DNA of 64,000 nucleotides, from positions 121,057-185,056 of the forward strand of contig NMRA01000381.1 of NCBI GenBank assembly GCA_002633005.1, given 5' to 3'. The notes under the pieces were generated by a model. That model had not been told where the DNA came from. It did no database searches and saw only the letters and a program-made list of their open reading frames with translations. Shown piece by piece: positions 54,874 through 64,000 of the stretch (the first letter of the stretch is position 1; each line of letters opens with the position of its first letter). The DNA comes from Phoronis australis (lineage: Eukaryota > Animalia > Phoronida). A program made the position numbers and the translations under genes.

Positions 54874-56994
54874 AAGATTAATTGTCTAGCATGCCCTTGA
54901 TTTTTTTAGATTGAAATAATATTGCGAAATAAATTTTCATCCTCTTAATCTGAGTGGTTTGTTAGCCATTTCCGTGCATACAAAGTCACGCACCCACTTG
55001 CAAAACAAGGTGTAACCAGATAGTGCCCGGGTGCAGAATCCGAGTACGGAAACAGAAGTTGAACTTCTGGCGTTCCGAGTACCGGTATATACAAATATAC
55101 CGTGACACGCACCCACACCGGGTACGAATCGTTTGGTTGCTTTGTTGTTTGTCTCACCCTCTTGAAATTATGATACAGTAATTCACAATAACGACTTCAT
55201 TCTGATGCTTTCTACACAGATGTATGCCAAGGTGGCCTAAATCTCTCACTATTAATTCAAACTCTAATAACCCGCGGCCAATCCGACGATAGCTTTGGGA
55301 ACTTACACAACGTACGTTTGATAATTTGTCCAAAAAGAGAAACTCCAAACAGGTTGAGAGCAATCATAGTTATCTGTATTGTTAAATCTCTGAAACTATA
55401 TCCTGTCACGGAGATCCTTTCTCATTGCATTACTTAAGTCAACTGCACCCCACTACTAAATATCAGTAACGTTCTCTTTATCTTCAAACTTTTGACGTTC
55501 GGCAGGTTACAATTAATTTTGCTTAACAATTTATTTAATAGAATCAAATAAATGGAATTATCAAGCTCCATATCGCCCTCTGCCATTCACTGAGCTGGAT
55601 AAAAACGAAAATCGAATTACGTCTTTTACTCGAACAGTCGGCTTCATAATATTCCTTACCGTGATTCTATTTCCGTTGCCAACAAGTACATTGAAACGAT
55701 CAGCGACACAGGAAAAGTTGAAAACTTCAATTTACTGATTTGACCATCCCTTAAGTTGTGAACTTAAAAATGACTCATATAGGCCTACGCCATACAAAGC
55801 GCTTCCGTTTAATTTAACATCATTGACAGCTCAAACAGTGGTGAAATGCAGCTTTAACGTTACTTTTAAGTTAAAACCTAGACCCAGAAACGGTAAAACA
55901 AAGGAAGCGTGTTAATGGAAACATGCTATAATTGTAGTAATTATATTTACTCAGGATCACGTCGTCGTCGTCAAAATGCTTCCGATCTAGAGAACACGCT
56001 CGTTGACTAAAACGAGCCCGGTAACTTTAAAGTGATTAAGGTTCTTGTGAACCGGGCCTCCATATTTCGATCTAGACCTCTGCTATTCATAAAACTGTTC
56101 CCTATTCGAATTAGAGAATACTAGCTGGGCTTGGAAAGAGCCGACAGTTCGCTATTGCACGAGACCAACTTGCCACAGGGGGTCATTTCCCGCGCCGGCC
56201 ATAGTCTAAATAAAACCCAACCATCAGTTACTCCGTCTTCTATGCCAAGGAATTCTTCCTCGTCTCAGTAAGGAACAAGTTTATAGTGATAATTGCTCTT
56301 ACATCAGCCTTTAAAAGTTATGTGTTAGATCTAAAAGCGGTGAAATCTAATTGTCACTACACCTGGTGTTGTGCAATCAATACTTCTCAAGTATAAAAGC
56401 ACTGTTCAACTGAAACACAGTCACAAAGTGAAGACGACGTAGATTAATTCCCCTAGTGGTTAATAACATTAGCAAACTGTTTTCTCTGGTAAACTCAAAC
56501 ATTTTTGCTTTAAAATTTCCGTCCACGAAATGCTTTTCATTGTTTTGGAATATTTCGGATAGAACTTTATGGAGATTATGTTGGATTTTTAATCAAACCA
56601 CAATTCTATGCTTAAATTTCGGACAATTTCCAGTTTTTCATAAAAATTTGAAAGTTACCAGAGAAAATTTAAAAAACAACACAATTAACCCACAGATATC
56701 AATGCTAAAGAAGGTCAAGGAATTAACAAATAAACCTACCACGTTAGGAGAATGCAATTCATTGCAGTTCATGCTGCAGAAAGCCAGGGGGAAGAGTCTA
56801 TAGCCAAAACTTTATTTTTTCTTTTGGCGTTGTCTTTCAGTCTACACCCGAGCAGGCTGATTTTTTGTTTGGCTTCGATTCGTAGACACATTTTCTGACA
56901 CTTAGCCAGATTTGGTGAACAGGGTAAGCCATCCCTAGATGGATTTTCAGCCAAGACTCTCCCAAACAGCACCCAGATATAATGCCCTGAACTG

Positions 56995-57352
56995 TCAGAG
57001 TATGCCAACTGTCCAGTGTATGTTTCAGAGTATGCCAACTGTCCAGTGCATGTTTTAGAGTACGCCAACTGTCCAGTGTATGTTTCAAAGTATACCAACT
57101 GTCCCTGTATGTTTCAGAATATGCCAACTGACGAGTGTATTTTTCAGAGAATACCAACTGTCCCCTGTATGTTTCAGAGTATGCCAACTGCCCGTGTATG
57201 TTTCAGAATATGCCAACTGACCAGTGTATTTTTCAGAGTATACCAACTGTCCCCTGTATGTTTCAGAGTATGCCAACTGCCCAGTGTATGTTTCAGAGAA
57301 TGCCAACTGTCCCCTGTATGTTTCAGAGTATGCCAACAGTCCAGTGTTTCTG
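56995..57352. repeat. 30-bp minisatellite, ~12 copies
   Basis: Unit tcagagtatgccaactgtccagtgtatgtt with variants; it accounts for the overlapping ORFs at 56769-57414. Confidence 0.93.
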
Positions 57353-58606
57353 AGAACATAATAAACTATTTAACAAATAGTTATAAATTACCAATGAATG
57401 TCAGCATTGCTTAAAATATATTTTTCAATACCATATTATCATTAAATTAAATAGAATAAGTCAACCTCGGGGTATTTGACAGATAGTGAATTTTAATACA
57501 CTAAATTGTATTTCAAACAACAGATAAAGGGTGGGGCTACAGGGGTTTCAGTTTTAGATTGAGTGTGTTGCTGAAGGACTAGGGATACCTTACCAGAGGT
57601 GTTACACCAACAAAATATCACATTCTATTCTTTTACCAAAATGAACGAAAGTCATGGGTTAATTTGGACCCCATTTGAAGCGAATTACCCCACTCACCCA
57701 GATATTCCATGAAATGGGAGCAAATAACCTGGAAGTATTGGAAATTTCAAAAAGTAATGTTCACAAAAAATCCAATCAGTGGCTAAACACAAGATGTATA
57801 CACATTCTATCCAATATTTTGGGTGGACATATGTCCACAGTAAATGAACAGATCTTTTACTACTATTGCTGACTGAACTGATATAGATTAAAATGTCTAT
57901 TGCTTGTTACCGGATAAATATTTACCTGCTACCAAGAGGCTTCATAGGATCCTATACTGCTTCACATAACAAGAATACAATATGTCAGAACTGAAAATTT
58001 TTCCAGTAAACAAAATTTAATGCATCCATTGAGCACAGGCCTAAGGTCTAATCTCAGACTTGAAAATTAACCAATCATGTCTCATTATTTGAGTACAAAT
58101 TTGCAAGTTTACTCGGAACATGCTACACAATTGGTCAATTTTCTATTTGAGTTTCGAGGGGTTACCAACAATAGACCCCGGGCCTTGAGTACAGGTCTCG
58201 TAAGTAAGCAACAGGTAATTTATGGTTATACAAAGCTTACAGATACCATGGTTTATGCAATGTTCTCGAAAACGCAGTTAAAGCTTGTTGTCAAAATATT
58301 CCACTTCTGCATGAGAAAATAACAAAAATAGGACTTTTACGACTGTTGTGAAAAAATCATGCAGCCAACCAAATGTGGAAGACAGTAATGGTAGGTTAGG
58401 AGTGGACTGATGACTACAGACATATGAGTACATTACGCTAACGCCTATACCTCGCTGGGTGCAGAACAAAACCAAAAATTTCTCGGACTTAATATGGTGA
58501 GTGAACACCAGCACATACAACAAGTCTGGAGTCCCGTCATCTTCACAATAGCTGTACACACGAAAAAATGTTGATAATGGAAACAGGCTATTGGTAAGTA
58601 ATGAAA

Positions 58607-59603
58607 AGATATAGATCTGATGCATTTTGCAATTACAATGTGAGACTGACGCAAGCATCACAATCTAAGAAATGAAAACTGCCAGCTCCTTTGTGTAATA
58701 CTCCACAAATCTCAGTTCTGTAACCGACATCTACAACCACTTTCCAGGCTGGGCCCTCGTCTCCTTTTTTCTTCATATAAATACTATCATAGGTACTCAC
58801 TCGGATTACTGTGACTGGCTACAAATCACAACATATTAGAATGGTGTCCAGGCTGATTTCCTCCCAAGATGGTTTTCTGGGTGTTTAGACATACATGCAT
58901 CTCAGACTAAAAATAACAGTTACAGGCGCTTATCAGGGAGAAGTGTTGAAATTACTAACAGTCCCCTTCAGGCTTGTCGATTACTTCAAACCCATCGTTA
59001 GTCTCATACTCCTTTTCCTTTTGTGCCACCTCTTCACTCTTTTCCTTCAACCCAGCCTCACTGTCATTTCCGCTTTGGCCATCTGCGGACTCCTCATTGG
59101 GGCTNAAATATAGATCTGATGCATTTTGCAATTACAATGTGAGACTGACACAAGCATCACAATCTGAGAAATGAAAACAACCAGCTCCTTTGTGTAATAC
59201 TCCACAAATCTCAGTTCTGTAACCGACATCTACAACCACTTTCCAGGCTGGGCCCTCGTCTCCTTTTTTCTTCATATAAATACTATCATAGGTACTCACT
59301 TGGATTACTGTGACTGGCTACAAATCACAACATATTAGAATGGTGTCCAGGCTGATTTCCTCCCAAGATGGTTTTCTGGGTGTTTAGACATACATGCATC
59401 TCAGACTAAAAATAACAGTTACAGGCGCTTATCAGGGAGAAGTGTTGAAATTACTAACAGTCCCCTTCAGGCTTGTCGATTACTTCAAACCCGTCGTTAG
59501 TCTCATACTCCTTTTCCTTTTGTGCCACCTCTTCACTCTTTTCCTTCAACCCAGCCTCACTGTCATTTCCGCTTTGGCCATCTGCGGACTCCTCATTGGG
59601 GCT
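58607..59603. other. 498-bp direct duplication across the N at 59105 (end of SEC62 CDS and proximal 3'UTR; probable assembly overlap)
   Basis: 58607-59104 matches 59106-59603 at a constant offset of 499 with a few SNPs. Confidence 0.85.
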
Positions 59604-62600
59604 ATCTCCTTTGCCCTTTTTTCCGAGTTTTTTCTTACTTTCTCCCTTTTTATCTTTTTTAGCACTGTCAGTTTTATCAGACGAGTCTTTCACTTCGTAA
59701 GAGTAAACAGGAACAAATGACTCGAAGAAGCCAACATCCTCTGTGAGGTTAGGAAACAACCAGAAACTGTGCTTACCAAAGGTTCCAACCCATATGGCGG
59801 CAAACAGAATGACCTTGACTGGAAATAAACAAAACAGATCTACATTCACTCGAATGATGCCACTGTGAGACTGAGCAAAGTGCTAAATAGAAAAGCCCCA
59901 TCCCTAGTTCAGCTCTTCTCACAGTAAAAGAATAAAAGAGCATTAGAATAACTAAAGTAAAAATAATTTGGTGAGAAAAAGTGATTACCAAGACAGCCAC
60001 TCACAAGGGTGGGGCCAGTGCTTTATTGCCAAGGAGCATTGTGGGTAAATATCACAGTCAGAGAGGGTGCTGTGATACTTATGGATGTGTGTGTGTTCCC
60101 CATTGCACCTGACCTTTGTTGTCTTCTTCATTTGACAACACAACAGTTGTTTCTGATATTTACTTTGACTTTCATATTCTCATAATACTTCATTCTATCT
60201 CTTTTGTATCCAGAAAAACTGTGCACAAATTTCTAATGAAAGTGGACCAAAAGTAGTGATGACTTCAAGCTCATTTTTCAGTTCATAACTTCACAGTGGA
60301 CGCAATAGCTTTTCAGCCATAAATTAATCCTTTTCAAAGAATTTCCTACCAGACTTAACTTAATGACAATTTCATTTTTCATTTTTTTATCTCAAAGTCA
60401 AACAATGACTGAACACACAACTCTGAAAAGTCAACTGTAAAATTATATTCAGCCATATCTCAAATAGTTGAACCACAACTAAAACTAAGGTCATTATTCA
60501 GTTGTTTTGTACAGAAATAATGGCCAAATTGTCATTTATCATTTTTTGAAGGCTGATTACCTTGATCCAAATAATGGAAACTTCACCAAATGTTATTTTA
60601 TGACATGTACACGAGTACAAACAAGCTAACAACTGATCAAAAATTCTTACTGCTTACTTTTGTTGAGAAATTTGTTAGAACGAAACTTCAGTTGGCAGCC
60701 ATACTGTGTGTTAAATAGGTAAAATATTCTGTTTACACAAGACAATTCAACACACTTTAAAAGAGAGCATGTTTTAGCCATGTTATGCACACATGAAGAT
60801 ATTTATAACTAAGAACCATGCAATTGTTAAAGCACAAGTTCTCAAAAAATGAGGGGTAATATGTAAACAACAGATAAATCACACGTTCTGGCAAAAATCT
60901 TGGGGTGATCAATGATGTCTACAACTGCTCAACAAATCGTAAAGGTATAGTCCCAAAATTTAAACTCCCATAAATTTTACCTCTGAAGTGGTAAACGTGA
61001 ACTACAAAAGCCCTCTTGGTGACAGCTGACAAGAAATGTATTACATCAAGGGATACTCTCAGTTACGACCAACAGAGTCATATTGCACACTAGGCTAAGC
61101 TATAGCTTAGAGCTCCACACAAACCAGAGGTCCTATATGACAGCAACAGAGGGCACCAGTTGATAAAACTTGATGCTTCATTGGGCGAAAATGGTGGCAA
61201 CTAAAACTAGTGGGCGTTATAATAGCATCACCAAAGGTGGTGAGATTTGAAAGAGTTTTCATTCAAAATTTTCTCCAAATTTTTGATGGTTGTTGAGGGT
61301 TACAGGGCATTATTTTATTTCAGAGAACTGGACGGGAAAGTGATTTTTAATTTAATATATGTTAATAGGCCAACACTGGGTTTGGTATCCTTTTAAGCCA
61401 ACGCTGGTGCCAAGTGAACCACTTCCAAACAATATTCTACGGCAGACACTGTAACTTAACAAGACTGGTAGGCCCATTGTTTTGACAATCAAATGGAGAA
61501 ATATCTGATCCAAGTCATAATTGCATCCACAAATCAATTCCCTGGCTATAATGATGTCATACGTTAAAACTTGTATTTACATGTTCAAGTCACGACATTG
61601 GCAAGAACGTGCTATGAACACATTTCACTGTTGTCCCCACTTACCAACAATGAGCGCCAACAAGAGTCCAATAAGTCCTGCGGCTCCAAGACTCACATAA
61701 TAAACACCTACCCTCACTTCAGGCGGCCACAAAGGAAACAGACAGACGGCAATAGCACCAAGAACTGGAACAAACAGACAACTTTACAAAACAAACACCT
61801 TCACATTAAAACTTGAACATCCAGTACGGTCAACAAGTCAGACATCCAGTACGGTCAACAAGTCAGACATCCAGTACGGTCAACAAGTCAGACATCCAGC
61901 ACGGTCAACAAGTCAGACATCCAGTACTGTCAACAAAGTCACACTACAACAGAGTCTTGATTGAGAAGGAGACCTAGAGTTACTGTAAATGTTTTGAACT
62001 TGTTTCTAAAACGACACTATTGATACTTCTACACTGTAGAACAAAATGGATGACAAAATATCTCTTTTAAAACCAAGCACACCAGTCAACAATGTAGGTG
62101 TATACTAAAACCAAGGTGAGACGGTGAAACAAGTGATAAGCGAAGGATACTTTCAGTGATTCAAAAGGAGGTTTATTTTGCTTTTGATATGTAGTAACAT
62201 TAGCACCACAAACGTCTTTAGCTTCGTGACAATTACACAGTTCACTTAAATGACACCGTTTATGTGTAACTTAGATTTTAATTCCGCAACCTGTTACAGA
62301 AATATGCAAAATACAATTCAACGACAGACACAACTGTGTGAATTCCAGCATTTTTTTGTTAATTCCAAGTCCCTACATCTGAGCATGATAGTCATAAAAT
62401 ATTCTACTTGACGGATAGCACTTAAACAAACAACATGCAAGTGCCATTCTAGAAAGTAACTGAAGACATCACAAATAACAGCCAAATCAACTAAACTTTT
62501 TGAGTAGTGTGTCCTTTAAAAATGTCACCAGAAAAGGACAGTTTATTATAGATTAGACATCATAAAACGAGATGTCGAGAGTCCTGGACACCAAATGCTG

Positions 62601-63604
62601 GTAGTGGGAGTGTGCCATCAAAATAAAGTTTTCTTAGCCTAACCTTCATGGAGGAAATGCCAGCTATCCTAAAATACGTACTTACCCATAAGGAGTCCAA
62701 TAATAAATGTCTTTGAGTTGACAGGGTCATAAATCCATACATATAGCTCTTCACCATCAACAAACTCTTGCTGGGGATGCATATCTAGCTTAATTTTTTT
62801 CTCCTTTTGGTCTTTATCCTAGGGTTATCACATACAAAAAGTTACTAGACTATGGTTACCTAAAGTTATGACATACATATAGTTGGACTACTGTGACCTA
62901 GAGTTACCACTACATAAAGTTGGACTAATGGTGACCTTGAGTAATGACATATGTAAAGTTTTGACAATGGTAATCTAAGAGTTATCACATACATAAAGTA
63001 AGACTACGATGACCTAGAGTTATCACATACATAAAGCTATAGACTATTGGTGACAAAACACCAATCGTGTGTGGCGTATATAAGATAGACACCTCTTGTG
63101 ATGTTTCATTACTACTCATCTTCCCAAGGATTATACATGTTTCATTATATATCAATATTTTTGTACTGTATTTTCAGTCATCATCAATGCCCCTTTTTCA
63201 TCTTTACTCATATTTACTGCGTGGCATGTGTTGAATGTAATAAAGAAAACTGCGCTCTTTTCTACTGCAACATGCAAACATCATTCCACGTAAATGAGTT
63301 TAAAACCGATATTGCTAAAATAGATGAATTAGGAAGCAGACTTCTGCAGATAGCACTACTTCTTATTGACCTTGACATTACATCCAATTACATTACATAC
63401 GTGTTTACATTCATTTTGATAATCTTAAAACAATTCCCACATGTTACATGCTATTCATTACAACTTTTCATAAATTATAAGGCAATTGACTTTTACTTAT
63501 AATAAACAAGTAGATTACCAAGAATAGCTCACCTTTTTATCTTTATCATTGTCCTTCCCTTTTTCTTTTTTACTTCGTTTTTCCTTTTTACTCTTTTTCC
63601 CTTC
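59454..63604 (-). CDS. SEC62: Translocation protein SEC62, 3' part; gene begins beyond the right edge
   Basis: Exons (minus): 63604-63533 (Lys-rich), 62818-62686 (KIKLDMHPQQEFVDGEELYVWIYDPV...), 61764-61645 (IAVCLFPLWPPEVRVGVYYVS), 59818-59454 (FWLFPNLTEDVGFFESFVPVY...stop). GT-AG, phases consistent. YVWIYDP, LFPLWP and FWLFPNLTEDVGF are Sec62 hallmarks. Confidence 0.96.
61817..61936. repeat. 25-bp minisatellite, ~4.7 copies (SEC62 intron)
   Basis: Unit acatccagtacggtcaacaagtcag. Confidence 0.92.
62818..63054. repeat. Degenerate ~38-41-bp tandem repeat, ~6 copies, overlapping a SEC62 splice acceptor
   Basis: Approximate unit cctagagttatcacatacataaagttggactatggtga. Confidence 0.75.
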
Positions 63605-64000
63605 CTAAAAGGAAACATTTGGACAAGTACTTAATAGGAAAACCCAGAGATCAACAAACTCTCAGATCCTATCAGAAATTACAACTAAAAAGGTGGACTC
63701 AGCCACAGATCCAGGATTTTGTCCAGAGTGATCCAACAAGAGACCAATGTAGGGTTGCTCGAGATTTCTCCATTACAGCAATGTAGCCCTGCTAGAGTGG
63801 ACGTTGCCAAGGAAACACATTCTAATTAGTCATGTCATTTACTTTGTAATAAAGCCAAAAGGCACCTAAAGGTAATTCAATGACTAATGTTTGGTCAGTT
63901 TTTACCCTGCCTTCTCAGCATCAAACTTCATACCATGGGAAGGGGATGGACATTTTAAACACAAAATCTCATATTTTCAACATGGTACTATTATAATTAC

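Noticed and set aside
56769-57414. Six overlapping repetitive ORFs
   Set aside because: Products of a stop-poor 30-bp repeat read in several frames on both strands.
58607-59104. Second SEC62 terminal segment as a paralog or alternative end
   Set aside because: Begins exactly at an N, lacks an acceptor and is near-identical to the adjacent copy: assembly overlap.
63098-63502. 134-aa plus-strand ORF
   Set aside because: GTG start, AT-rich composition, antisense within a SEC62 intron, and no motif.

Overview
AT-rich, intron-containing animal genomic DNA, probably lophotrochozoan (inferred from the Pax subfamily), with four single-N contig joins. Four spliced genes can be built by hand from GT-AG junctions with consistent phases. 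(1) PSMC2/Rpt1, minus strand, first 8 coding exons, running off the left edge. (2) Head-to-head with it, start codons 344 bp apart, an unrecognised 16-exon, 656-aa plus-strand gene: ubiquitin-like domain, about 4 TM helices, armadillo repeats, Ser/Lys tail. (3) A homeodomain-less paired-box gene, probably Pax-beta, minus strand, about 694 aa, with about 23 kb of non-coding upstream DNA. (4) The 3' half of SEC62, minus strand. Introns hold minisatellites and non-autonomous DNA transposons with clean TIR/TSD structure. One is a 2.47-kb element with CACGGT(A/G) ends and a 5-bp TSD (Transib/RAG-like geometry) carrying a decayed C2H2-finger ORF. Three apparent tandem duplications abut N gaps and are most likely unmerged haplotypes. 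All calls are by eye; no searches were run.
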